Notes under the pieces: model-generated
Told to the model about the DNA's origin: nothing
The model's database searches: none
The model's input: only the letters and a program-made list of their open reading frames with translations
Translations under genes and position numbers: made by a program
Shown here: in pieces, positions 49,970 to 59,665 of the stretch
How the letters are laid out: the number at the start of each line of letters is the position of its first letter
Position numbering within the stretch: position 1 is the first letter of the stretch
Assembly (NCBI GenBank): GCA_043783155.1
Contig: JAYVZS010000141.1
Coordinates: 5,428-69,427, forward strand
Direction of reading: 5' to 3'
DNA: 64,000 nucleotides
Source of the DNA: Bacteroidota bacterium
GTDB lineage: Bacteria; Bacteroidota; Bacteroidia; AKYH767-A; 2013-40CM-41-45

Positions 49970-52612
49970 TTGGAGATGCTATCAGTTGAGAATATAACAA
50001 TGAGAAAAAATATGAATTCGACTATGTTTTATTTCCGGGTGCCAGTGAAACACAGAGGTAAATTTTTTATTGAAAAAATACGGAATGGCAAAGCTTTTTT
50101 CTTCATTCTGATTTTTGCAACAACAACAACTTTTTCCCAAACTCAAACACGAAATCTTTCAGGAGAACCTAAATCGACATGGCAATTCAGAAAGGCTGGC
50201 GATTCAAAATGGCTTTCCGCAACGGTTCCCGGAACCGTACATACTGATTTATTCAGCAACAAAATTATTGATGATCCCTTTTTTGGCGACAATGAAAAAA
50301 AACTTCAGTGGATTGATACCTGCCGCTGGGAATACCAAACCTCTTTCAATTGCGATTCAACATTGTTAGCCAACAGACATGTTGAACTTCAGTTTGACGG
50401 ACTGGATACGTATGCAAAAGTATTTCTCAATGATAATCTTATTCTCATTACCGATAATATGTTTCGGACATGGTTTGTCAGTTGCAAAAGTTTTCTGAAA
50501 GAGAAAGACAATCATCTTGTGATACAGTTTGAATCAGCATCGAAAAAAGGGAAAGAGCTGGCGAGAAGTTTACCGTATACATTGCCGGGTGATGAAAAAG
50601 TTTTTACCCGCAAAGCCGCGTATCAATATGGCTGGGACTGGGCACCACGATTTGTAACATGCGGTATCTGGAAGCCGGTGAAATTAAATTGGTGGAATTT
50701 TTTCAAGATCAACGACATCCATATTGTTCAGGATGAAGTATCGGATACATCAGCCACCATGGTTGCGGAAGTAAATGTAAAAACGGATGAACCAACAACC
50801 GTTTATTTTAAAATGAAGTTGGAAAATGCGGATCAGGATTCAATGTATTTCGAGCAACCCATTCGTCCGGGTGAAAACACGCTGAACCTTTTGTTCAAAG
50901 TAAAAAATCCGAAACGCTGGTGGTGCAATGGAATGGGCGAACCATTCGTCTACCATCTTTCCATTCAGTGTTCCAATGTATTTGCGAAATCGGAAGTGAA
51001 GAAACTTACGTTTGGAATACGGACCGTGCAGGTTGCGCAGGACTATGATTCTCTCGGTCGAAGTTTTTCGTTTTCATTAAACGGAGTTCCTGTTTTTATG
51101 AAAGGCGCGAATTATGTACCGGCGGATAATTTTCTTCCTCGCGTGAATGAAAAACGATATTCAGAAATCATTCAATCCGCCGTTGATGCGAACATGAATA
51201 TGTTGCGCGTGTGGGGCGGAGGTGTATATGAAGACGATCAGTTTTATAATCTCTGTGATGAAAATGGAATTCTGGTGTGGCAGGATTTTATGTTTGCCGG
51301 CGGCATGTATCCGGGCGATTCTTTGTTTGTCGAAAATATCAGGCAGGAAGCAACAGACAACGTGATGCGTTTACGAAGTCACCCTTGCATTGCCTTGTGG
51401 TGTGGTAATAATGAAGTTGATGAGGGTTGGCATAACTGGGGCTGGCAAAATCAATACAAGTATTCTAAAAAGGATTCCACTGCAATCTGGAATGATTACC
51501 TGAAAATATTCCAGGATGTTCTTCCGAAAGTGGTTGAACAAAATGATCCGGGAAGATTATACTGGCCATCGTCTCCTTCGATCGGTTGGGGACACCCGGA
51601 AAGTTTGCAACAGGGTGATTCGCACTATTGGGGTGTATGGTGGGGTAAGGAACCGTTTGAAGCTTACAAAACAAAAGTCGGAAGATTTATGAGTGAATAT
51701 GGTTTCCAGGGAATGCCTTCGCTGACGACGTTCAAAAAATTCTGTGACGCGAAAGATATAACTCCAACTTCCTTTGCAGTTAAAAATCATCAGAAGCATC
51801 CTACCGGTTATGAAACCATTCAATCGTATCTTGAAAAAGAATACAAAGAGCCGCGGGATTTTGAAGACCTGATTTATGTTTCTCAGTTACTGCAGGCGGA
51901 TGGAATCAAAACGGCGATTGAAGCGCATCGCCGGGCGAAACCGTTTTGCATGGGAACGTTGTACTGGCAGCTGAACGATTGCTGGCCGGTTACTTCATGG
52001 AGCAGCACTGATTATTACGGAGAATGGAAAGCACTTCATTATACAGTTAAGAAAGCGTATCAGAAATATCTTGTATCTCCTGTCGTGGATAACGGAAAAA
52101 TAAATGTGTACGTCGTAAGTGACGGTAAAAAGGAAACAAACGCTTTTCTTGAAATGAAACTCCTTGATTTAAATGGAGCGGCTAAATGGTCGAAGAGTTT
52201 TTCCGTTGAAATTCTTCCGGACTCAAGCAAAATTTATTACAGCGTTGATTCAGCTGAAGTATTGAAGACTGCCGATCCGACTAAATCTGTTTTTTCTGTC
52301 AAACTGATAAAAGACAATTCAGTCCTGTCTGAAAATTTATTGTACTTCTGTCTCGTAAAGGATTTAAAGATTACTCAGCCATTGGTTACTTATTCGTTCA
52401 GCTTAAGGGGAAGCCAGACTATACTTGAACTGGATTCAAAAACCTTTGTGAAAAAGGTGTTCATTGATTTCCTGGACATGAAAGTTAAACTGAGCGACAA
52501 CTATTTTGACTTGCTTCCAGGAGAAAAGAAAACCGTTGAAGTAGAAAGCAACTTTACTTCAGGCGAACTGACGAAAAAAATAAAAATAAAATCGTTGTTT
52601 GATACATTCTAA
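49970..52612 (+). CDS. GH2 beta-mannosidase, secreted
   Basis: GH2 sugar-binding, immunoglobulin-like and TIM-barrel blocks are present (…NGVPVFMKGANYVP…, …WQDFMFAGGMYPGD…, …WCGNNE…). The true start is probably internal (for example the M at 50024, preceding the signal peptide FFFILIFATTTTFSQ). Confidence 0.85.
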   Translation: MEMLSVENITMRKNMNSTMFYFRVPVKHRGKFFIEKIRNGKAFFFILIFATTTTFSQTQTRNLSGEPKSTWQFRKAGDSKWLSATVPGTVHTDLFSNKIIDDPFFGDNEKKLQWIDTCRWEYQTSFNCDSTLLANRHVELQFDGLDTYAKVFLNDNLILITDNMFRTWFVSCKSFLKEKDNHLVIQFESASKKGKELARSLPYTLPGDEKVFTRKAAYQYGWDWAPRFVTCGIWKPVKLNWWNFFKINDIHIVQDEVSDTSATMVAEVNVKTDEPTTVYFKMKLENADQDSMYFEQPIRPGENTLNLLFKVKNPKRWWCNGMGEPFVYHLSIQCSNVFAKSEVKKLTFGIRTVQVAQDYDSLGRSFSFSLNGVPVFMKGANYVPADNFLPRVNEKRYSEIIQSAVDANMNMLRVWGGGVYEDDQFYNLCDENGILVWQDFMFAGGMYPGDSLFVENIRQEATDNVMRLRSHPCIALWCGNNEVDEGWHNWGWQNQYKYSKKDSTAIWNDYLKIFQDVLPKVVEQNDPGRLYWPSSPSIGWGHPESLQQGDSHYWGVWWGKEPFEAYKTKVGRFMSEYGFQGMPSLTTFKKFCDAKDITPTSFAVKNHQKHPTGYETIQSYLEKEYKEPRDFEDLIYVSQLLQADGIKTAIEAHRRAKPFCMGTLYWQLNDCWPVTSWSSTDYYGEWKALHYTVKKAYQKYLVSPVVDNGKINVYVVSDGKKETNAFLEMKLLDLNGAAKWSKSFSVEILPDSSKIYYSVDSAEVLKTADPTKSVFSVKLIKDNSVLSENLLYFCLVKDLKITQPLVTYSFSLRGSQTILELDSKTFVKKVFIDFLDMKVKLSDNYFDLLPGEKKTVEVESNFTSGELTKKIKIKSLFDTF

Positions 52613-52619
52613 AATAGTG

Positions 52620-52691
52620 TCACGCGGAGGCGCAAAGATCGCAAAGTTTTATCATGAAATTTTTCTTAGCGATCTTTGCGCCTCTGCGTGA
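52620..52691. promoter_or_regulatory. near-perfect 23 bp inverted repeat (TCACGCGGAGGCGCAAAGATCGC ... GCGATCTTTGCGCCTCTGCGTGA) with a 26 nt spacer, immediately upstream of the GH92 start codon
   Basis: The arms 52620-52642 and 52669-52691 are reverse complements except for one position, which is a G·U pair in RNA. The core GCGCAAAG/CTTTGCGC is shared with 42139-42196. Confidence 0.6.
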
Positions 52692-52707
52692 TTTAAAAAG
52701 ATATTCA

Positions 52708-55509
52708 ATGAAAAAGATTCTCACCACATTATTCCTTATTCCTTATTCCTTATTCCTTTTTGGACAGACCGATTATACCAAATACGTCAACCCATTCATC
52801 GGAACCGGCGGTCACGGTCATACTTATCCTGGCGCTACTGTTCCGTTTGCCATGGTGCAGCTCAGTCCCGATACGCGCATCGACGGAAGCTGGGATGGCT
52901 GCGGGGGTTACCATTACAGTGATTCAATCATCTATGGTTTTTCTCATACACATTTAAGCGGAACAGGTTGTTCGGATTATGGTGATATCATGCTGATGCC
53001 GATGGACGGCGAACCGTCACTCGATAATAAAATTTATTCTTCAAAATTTTCTCACGCCGATGAATCAGCATCAGCCGGATATTACTCTGTGAAATTGAAA
53101 GATGATAACACGTTTGTGGAACTCACATCGACCACTCGCGTAGGAATACATCGTTATACTTTTCTGAAGCCAGGAGATGTGTCTGTTGTTCTTGATCTCA
53201 CGCATCGTGATAAATTACTAGAAGGGAAAATTCATAAAGTAAATACAACCACTTTTGAAGGATTGAGAAGATCAGAAGCATGGGCGAAAGATCAGTGGGT
53301 TTTTTATCGCATTGAGTTTTCGAAACCTGTTGTTGATTCATACATCGAAAAAAAGAATGGCAATGATCAGAAAGCATGGTTCAAATTCAAACTCGACAGG
53401 AATGAAAAGTTATTGGTGAAAGTGGCCTTGTCGTCGGTGAGCGAATATGGCGCCGGAAAAAATATGGAAACGGAACTTCCCCATTGGGATTTTGATCGCG
53501 TTAAAATGGAAGCGCACGATGCATGGCAAAAAGAACTGACAAAGATTGAAGTGTCGGGCGGAACAGATGAGCAAATGAAAATTTTCTACACCGCTCTTTA
53601 TCATACAATGATTCAACCGAATATTTATAACGATGTGGATGGACATTACCGTGGTCGTGACTTGAAAATTCACCAGGCAGATGGATTCAATTATTATTCA
53701 GTGTTTTCATTGTGGGATACGTTTCGTGCATGGCATCCGCTCATGACGATCATTGATCGCAAACGTACACTCGACTACATCAAAACTTTTCTCGCGCAGT
53801 ATGAACAGGGTGGCTTGCTTCCTGTCTGGGAATTATCTTCGAACGAAACGGAATGTATGATCGGTTATCATTCTGTAAGCGTGATTGCAGATGCTGCCGT
53901 GAAAGGCATCACGGGTTTTAATATGGAAGAAGCATTTGAAGCGATGAAAAAAAGCGCTGAGTCGAGAGATCGTTATGGTCTTGCTGCTTATATGGATAAA
54001 GGTTGTTTGAGTGTAGAAGATGAAGCAAACTCCGTTTCTAAAACACTGGAGTATGCGTATGATGACTGGTGCATTGCACAGATGGCTCAACTGCTTCATC
54101 ACGAAAAGGATTACCAGTATTTCATGGAGCGATCGCAGTCATGGAAAAATTTATATGATCCTGAAACCGGTTTTATCCGTCCGAGAAAAAACGGCGGATG
54201 GCTGCAACCGTTTGATCCATTTGAAGTGAATAACAATTACACGGAAGCAAATGCGTGGCAATACACTTTTTTTGTTCCGCAGGAAATTCCTTCTTTGATT
54301 GAATTGTCAGGAGGAAAAGAAAAATTTGAAAAAAAATTAGATGATCTTTTTACTGCTGAAAGTAAAACAACGGGAAGGGAACAAGCGGATATCACAGGTA
54401 TGATAGGACAATATGCACATGGTAACGAACCAAGTCATCACATGGCGTATTTATATAACTATGTCGGCAAGCCACAAAAGACGGAAGCGAAAATAAAACA
54501 AATTCTGAATGAATTTTACCATGCCGCTCCCGACGGACTCATTGGCAACGAAGACTGCGGACAAATGAGCGCGTGGTTTGTAATGAGTGCAATCGGGTTG
54601 TACCAGGTTTGTCCGGGCAGAAATCACTTCGAAATTTCAAAACCTTTATTTGATCACGTGAGTCTTTACCTGGATGAAACCAATCGTTTCATTCTGAGTT
54701 CTTCAGGAACGATGAAAAGCGATACGCTTGTAAAGATTTTGTATCACTTAACGGACATTAATAAGAAAGCGGATTTCATATCTTCTCCTATCACGATTGA
54801 TCCGGTGGTGGAGTCAGATCAACTTGCTTTTAAGGATAAAATGAAAGTTCAGTTTTCAGCGGCTGTCGCTTCCGATAAAATTTATTACACTACCAATGGT
54901 TCGGTACCTGATCTTCAGTCTACGGTTTTTAATCCTAAGTCGCCCATCACAATCGATTCGACTGTGACCTTTAAGGCGATGGCGGTAAGCGACAAGGGAA
55001 AGAAAAGCAAAATCGTAACAGCCTGTCTTCGCAAAAATCCTCATCCGGATTGGAAGATTAAGATATTCTCCAAATATTCTCCCCAGTACACTGCAGGTGG
55101 TGACGATGGAATTATTGACGGCATACGTGGTGAGGCGGAGTGGACGAAAGGAAACTGGCAGGGTTGCCAGACTGATTTTGAATGCGTGATTGATCTTGGG
55201 AAAGTACAATCGATTTCAAAAGTTAGCGCCGGTTTTCTTCAGGATACACGTGCATGGATCATGATGCCGAAGCAGGCAGAGTTTAGTTTTTCAACCGACG
55301 GAATTAATTTTTCAGAGATGACTGCGATAAAAAATGCAGTGCGCGACAGCGATTACATCACCCAGACAAAAGATTTTTCAGGAACGGTAAAAGTGAAAAA
55401 AGTGCGCTACGTAAAAGTGAAAGCCATCAACTACGGAAAACTTCCCGAGTGGCACATGGGCGCCGGCGGACAAGCGTGGATTTTCCTCGATGAGATTAGT
55501 GTTGAGTAA
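52708..55509 (+). CDS. GH92 alpha-1,2-mannosidase with a C-terminal F5/8 type C-like domain, secreted
   Basis: The signal peptide MKKILTTLFLIPYSLFLFG is followed by the GH92 N-terminal signature YVNPFIGTGGHGHTYPGATVPFAMVQLSPDT. The protein is 930+ aa. The in-frame upstream extension to 52654 is rejected. Confidence 0.9.
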   Translation: MKKILTTLFLIPYSLFLFGQTDYTKYVNPFIGTGGHGHTYPGATVPFAMVQLSPDTRIDGSWDGCGGYHYSDSIIYGFSHTHLSGTGCSDYGDIMLMPMDGEPSLDNKIYSSKFSHADESASAGYYSVKLKDDNTFVELTSTTRVGIHRYTFLKPGDVSVVLDLTHRDKLLEGKIHKVNTTTFEGLRRSEAWAKDQWVFYRIEFSKPVVDSYIEKKNGNDQKAWFKFKLDRNEKLLVKVALSSVSEYGAGKNMETELPHWDFDRVKMEAHDAWQKELTKIEVSGGTDEQMKIFYTALYHTMIQPNIYNDVDGHYRGRDLKIHQADGFNYYSVFSLWDTFRAWHPLMTIIDRKRTLDYIKTFLAQYEQGGLLPVWELSSNETECMIGYHSVSVIADAAVKGITGFNMEEAFEAMKKSAESRDRYGLAAYMDKGCLSVEDEANSVSKTLEYAYDDWCIAQMAQLLHHEKDYQYFMERSQSWKNLYDPETGFIRPRKNGGWLQPFDPFEVNNNYTEANAWQYTFFVPQEIPSLIELSGGKEKFEKKLDDLFTAESKTTGREQADITGMIGQYAHGNEPSHHMAYLYNYVGKPQKTEAKIKQILNEFYHAAPDGLIGNEDCGQMSAWFVMSAIGLYQVCPGRNHFEISKPLFDHVSLYLDETNRFILSSSGTMKSDTLVKILYHLTDINKKADFISSPITIDPVVESDQLAFKDKMKVQFSAAVASDKIYYTTNGSVPDLQSTVFNPKSPITIDSTVTFKAMAVSDKGKKSKIVTACLRKNPHPDWKIKIFSKYSPQYTAGGDDGIIDGIRGEAEWTKGNWQGCQTDFECVIDLGKVQSISKVSAGFLQDTRAWIMMPKQAEFSFSTDGINFSEMTAIKNAVRDSDYITQTKDFSGTVKVKKVRYVKVKAINYGKLPEWHMGAGGQAWIFLDEISVE

Positions 55510-55590
55510 AGTGCGATGTAGAGAGTATAAAGTATATAGTACTCTATACTTGATACTCCATACTTTATATAATATCAGTCTTTCCAACGT

Positions 55591-57141
55591 CTAATGAGCA
55601 TCCACCGGAACAGCAACCGATTTTTTAAATCGTTGCATAAACAATAGCGGAATACAAAGAACAAAAAACATTCCTGTAAACCAGAAGCCGTCCATGTAAC
55701 TCAACAGAAAAGTCTGTTTTAGCACAGCGCCTTCAATCGCTTTGTAAGCAAGTGATGTAGCGTCAACAGCAGCATACCCTTTCGCGATAAAAGCATTGTA
55801 CATGTTGTTGAAGCGCTCAACAAAAGCCGGGTTAAATTGATTCACGCTTTCCAACAAAACGGAACGATGAAATCCCTGTCGCAGGTGAATGAGTGTGGTG
55901 ATTAATGCGATTCCGAATGAGCCACCAAGTTGTCGCATCATGTTATTCAATCCCGTTGCCTGTGAAAGATCTTTCGGTTGCACTTCACTGAAGGCAAGAG
56001 CGGTGAGCGGAACAAAGAGTAAACTCAACCCGACTCCTCGCAGTATAAGGGGGATGTAGAAATTACTTTCACCCGATGCAAGATTTGATTTTCCGAGTGT
56101 GAATGTAAATAAATAGAAAAAGAAAAAGCCGAGTGATGCTAATATCTGTGCAGGAATTTTGTTCTGGAGCATTTTTCCTACCAGCGGCATCATCATGATC
56201 GTAGCCAATCCGCCGGGGATCAACAACTCTCCCGTCTGTTGCGCCGTGAATCCTAACAGGTTCTGGCAGAAGATCGGAAAAATAAATACAGATGCAAACA
56301 ATCCGAATCCGAGAATGAATGTCGTGAACATACCAATGGCAAGCGAACGGTTTTTCATGATGCGAAGATTCACGACCGGATGTTCGGCGTACAATTCCTG
56401 CAATACGAATCCTGTCATCGACAACACAGAAAGAATCGTGAGCAAAGTGATATAAGGCGTATTGAACCAGTCTTCACTTTCTCCTCTTTCCAAGACAATC
56501 TGAAGAGATCCGATCCCGACCGTCAGCAAAATAATTCCAAGCCAGTCCACGTGATCGCTTTGATGTTGTGCATGCACAGAATCTTTGATGAAGTTAAGAG
56601 TGAGTAAGACGGCAATGATGCCGAGTGGAATGTTGATGAAAAATATCCATGGCCATGTCCAGTGATCGGTGATGACTCCGCCAAGTGTCGGTCCGAATGT
56701 CGGTCCGACAACAACTCCCAATCCGAACAGAGCCATCGCCGTACCGAGTTGTTTCTTCGGCCACGATTCAATCAGGATGGCTTGAGCCGTCGATAATAAT
56801 CCGCCACCACCGATGCCTTGTATGAATCTGAAAATAATAAGTTCCCAGATGTTGTGCGCATTTCCGCAGAAGAAAGATGCAATCGTAAAGAGCACAATGG
56901 AAGCTGTGAAATAACTTCTGCGTCCGTAGCGATTGCTCAGCCAGCCGCTCATCGGAAGAATGATTACGTTCGCGACAGCATAAGCCGTTACCACCCAACC
57001 GACGTCTTCGAGAGTCGCTCCGAGATTTCCCATGATCTGCGGCAACGATACATTCACAACAGTCGTATCAATCAATTCAAGCAATGCAGCAAGAATGACT
57101 GTGAAGGTAATGATGAATTTTCTAAAACCTGTTTCTACCAT
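55591..57141 (-). CDS. emrB: MFS drug efflux transporter, DHA2 (EmrB/QacA, 14-TMS) family
   Basis: It is 516 aa with ~14 TM segments, and its N-terminal region is typical of EmrB (VSLPQIMGNLGATLEDVGWVVTAYAVAN). Confidence 0.85.
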   Translation of the reverse strand: MVETGFRKFIITFTVILAALLELIDTTVVNVSLPQIMGNLGATLEDVGWVVTAYAVANVIILPMSGWLSNRYGRRSYFTASIVLFTIASFFCGNAHNIWELIIFRFIQGIGGGGLLSTAQAILIESWPKKQLGTAMALFGLGVVVGPTFGPTLGGVITDHWTWPWIFFINIPLGIIAVLLTLNFIKDSVHAQHQSDHVDWLGIILLTVGIGSLQIVLERGESEDWFNTPYITLLTILSVLSMTGFVLQELYAEHPVVNLRIMKNRSLAIGMFTTFILGFGLFASVFIFPIFCQNLLGFTAQQTGELLIPGGLATIMMMPLVGKMLQNKIPAQILASLGFFFFYLFTFTLGKSNLASGESNFYIPLILRGVGLSLLFVPLTALAFSEVQPKDLSQATGLNNMMRQLGGSFGIALITTLIHLRQGFHRSVLLESVNQFNPAFVERFNNMYNAFIAKGYAAVDATSLAYKAIEGAVLKQTFLLSYMDGFWFTGMFFVLCIPLLFMQRFKKSVAVPVDAH

Positions 57142-57213
57142 TTTATTGTTTACGGTTTACATGTTTGTTGTTGACGGTTAGAAGCAGAACTATAAACCGT
57201 AAACTGTAAACGA

Positions 57214-58260
57214 TTAGTCTATCTTAACCGACACTCTCACACTCATTCCTGCTCTCAGTTTATCGGCTATCTCTTTATCCGCATTCAGTTTTATTTTCAC
57301 CGGAATGCGCTGCACCACTTTTACATAATTTCCTGTTGCATTATCGGGAGGAAGTAAACTGAACTTCGCACCTGTAGCGGGAGAGAAGGAATAAACCGTT
57401 CCCTGTATTGCCTGATCAGGAAATGCATCTGTATTTATTTCTACCGGTAAACCAACTTTCATTTTTTCAAGTTGTGTTTCTTTGAAGTTGGCGATTACAT
57501 AAATTCCGCTTTCGGAAACAACAGAGAAGAGGGGAGTTCCGGCATTTACAAATTGACCCGACTGGATATTTTTCCTTGAAGCCAATCCCGAAGCGGGAGC
57601 GATGATGGTTGCGTAACTTAACTGAAGTTTCGCGTAATCAAGATCTGCCTGGCGCTGAGCGATTGAACTTTGTGCGACACCAACCTGCTGGCTCACCGAC
57701 TGCTCCTGCATCGAAGCGGAAGATTGTTGCTTCGTAATGGATTCCAGCTGCGCTTCGGCAGAAAGTTTTTCCGCTTTCGCCGCATCGTATTGTTGCTCCG
57801 TGACCGCTTTATCTTTCAACAGGTTTTCATAGCGGTTAAAATCCTGTGTCGCTTTCCAAACACGCACTTTCGCCGCTTCCACGTTTGAAGACGCACTTGA
57901 GATATTCGCCTGTGCTGTTCCGACATTTGCTTTTGCGACAGAAATATTCGCGGTCGCATTGTCGAGTGCTGCCTGTGCCTGAAGCTCTTTTATTTTCAGA
58001 TCGCGGTCGTCGAGTTTTACCAGCGTATCGCCTTTGTTAACGTGTTGGTTTTCTTCGAAGCGGATTTCATCCACATAACCCGAAACGCGCGACAGCACCG
58101 GGCTGATATCGGTATCCAGCTGTGCATCGTCCGTATCAACATGATGGAGGGAATAAATGTATTTGTTGATTCCGAAAACTGCCGCACTTATCATCACGAT
58201 TGCAAGGATGATCAATGGTGTTCTTTTTTTCTTTGATTTTTTTTCTTCAGTATTTTCCAT
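57214..58260 (-). CDS. emrA: HlyD-family membrane fusion protein (EmrA-like)
   Basis: It has an N-terminal TM anchor and a long coiled-coil (AQAALDNATANISVAKANVGTAQANISSA...), followed by beta-barrel/lipoyl domains. Confidence 0.85.
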   Translation of the reverse strand: MENTEEKKSKKKRTPLIILAIVMISAAVFGINKYIYSLHHVDTDDAQLDTDISPVLSRVSGYVDEIRFEENQHVNKGDTLVKLDDRDLKIKELQAQAALDNATANISVAKANVGTAQANISSASSNVEAAKVRVWKATQDFNRYENLLKDKAVTEQQYDAAKAEKLSAEAQLESITKQQSSASMQEQSVSQQVGVAQSSIAQRQADLDYAKLQLSYATIIAPASGLASRKNIQSGQFVNAGTPLFSVVSESGIYVIANFKETQLEKMKVGLPVEINTDAFPDQAIQGTVYSFSPATGAKFSLLPPDNATGNYVKVVQRIPVKIKLNADKEIADKLRAGMSVRVSVKID

Positions 58261-58271
58261 GATGTTTTTTT

Positions 58272-58330
58272 TCTTGGTTCTAATATCTTGGTTCTTGTAT
58301 CTGGTATCCTGTATCTGGTTTCCTGATTCT
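58272..58330. repeat. tandem 14 bp repeats (ATCTTGGTTCTTGT / ATCTGGTATCCTGT / ATCTGGTTTCCTGA) between the tolC stop and the emrA start
   Basis: Direct inspection. The unit is related to the ATCTTGATTCTTG family. Confidence 0.55.
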
Positions 58331-59644
58331 TTAATTCACCTTACCGGTCGACTTCAATAATTTATAGTATGCCACTTGTGTGTCTGCCTTCGCTATGGCG
58401 AGATTAATTTTCGCGTTCAGCAACGCATTGTCGGCATCCAGCAAATCACTCATCACAACGAAATTGTTTTTGTATTTCGAATCGGTGATGCGGTAATTTT
58501 CTTCGGCCTGTTCCACTGATTTTTGTAACACTTCAATTCTTCGTTTCGATTCTTTTAATGAAAGATAATTTTGGTTGACTTCCATTTTCACAGCATCCGA
58601 TAATAAATCAAGTGACGCTTTGTTTTGGCTGAGCGTCGCTTTTGCTTCCGCAATAGTGTGTTTGTTTGAATAGAGGCGCATGAGGTCCCACGAAAAAAAT
58701 ATTCCGGCATCCCACGTAAAAGTAAATTCATCCTGCGGCGGAATTACACGCGGATTCGGACGCATGTCATACATGTTTCCTCCTACACTGATCTGGGGCA
58801 TGAAACTGTTTTGTGAAATCTTCAGGTTGTTTTCGGCTGATTTCATGCGCAGGTTGGTTGCCTGCAAATCATTCCGCGTGGAGGCAGCCAGTGTCATGTA
58901 GTCGGCCAATGGTTTTTCTTCATTCACTTTGCCAGATGAAGTTGAATCCACATCCATGATCACATCATTCAATCCAAGCATCAGGTTCATGTTGTAATTG
59001 GCAATGCTTTCACTATTTTCAATATCCATCTGTGTCAATTCAACATTCGATTGCTGAAGCTGCCAGCGAAGCAAATCATTGTGTGTTGCTGTTCCTTGTT
59101 GTTCCATGTGTTGCATCTCGTCAACGTGCTGTGTAACCTGTTTCATATTATCGGCAAGAATTTTTTTCGACTCTTTTATTTTGTTAAGGTTATAATACGC
59201 CTGGATGATGTTATACGTGATTTCATCTTTGTCCTTGTCAGCATCTAATTTCGCGGCCTGCTGTAAAAGCTGTAAGGAAGTCTGCGCATACTTCAACCGG
59301 AAACCTGAGAAGACTGTTTCACTCACCGACAAACGTGTTGAATAAGTATTTACATATACCGGAAAAAGAGAAAACGGTTCGAGCCCGGGAAAGTGAATCA
59401 GCGGTTCGTTGATGTCGCTCAGGCGCTGATAGTTGGCCGACAAGTTCACAGCCGGTAGAACAGCATCAATGGCCTGGCTATATTTCGCGTCAGCAATGTC
59501 TGATTTGCTCTGCGAAATTTTCAGCGACTTACTGTTATCGAGACCAAGTTTGATTGCCTGCTCAAGACTGATTTGCTGATGTTGTTGTGCTGATACCGCT
59601 GCAAAGAACAGGGTGAAAAGGAAGACGAGTTGTAGTTTATTCAT
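58331..59644 (-). CDS. tolC: TolC-family outer membrane efflux protein
   Basis: It has a signal peptide and two repeated halves of coiled-coil/beta structure typical of outer-membrane factor (OMF) proteins. It is 437 aa. Confidence 0.85.
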   Translation of the reverse strand: MNKLQLVFLFTLFFAAVSAQQHQQISLEQAIKLGLDNSKSLKISQSKSDIADAKYSQAIDAVLPAVNLSANYQRLSDINEPLIHFPGLEPFSLFPVYVNTYSTRLSVSETVFSGFRLKYAQTSLQLLQQAAKLDADKDKDEITYNIIQAYYNLNKIKESKKILADNMKQVTQHVDEMQHMEQQGTATHNDLLRWQLQQSNVELTQMDIENSESIANYNMNLMLGLNDVIMDVDSTSSGKVNEEKPLADYMTLAASTRNDLQATNLRMKSAENNLKISQNSFMPQISVGGNMYDMRPNPRVIPPQDEFTFTWDAGIFFSWDLMRLYSNKHTIAEAKATLSQNKASLDLLSDAVKMEVNQNYLSLKESKRRIEVLQKSVEQAEENYRITDSKYKNNFVVMSDLLDADNALLNAKINLAIAKADTQVAYYKLLKSTGKVN

Positions 59645-59665
59645 GGCGCTTTTATAATAGGGAAA

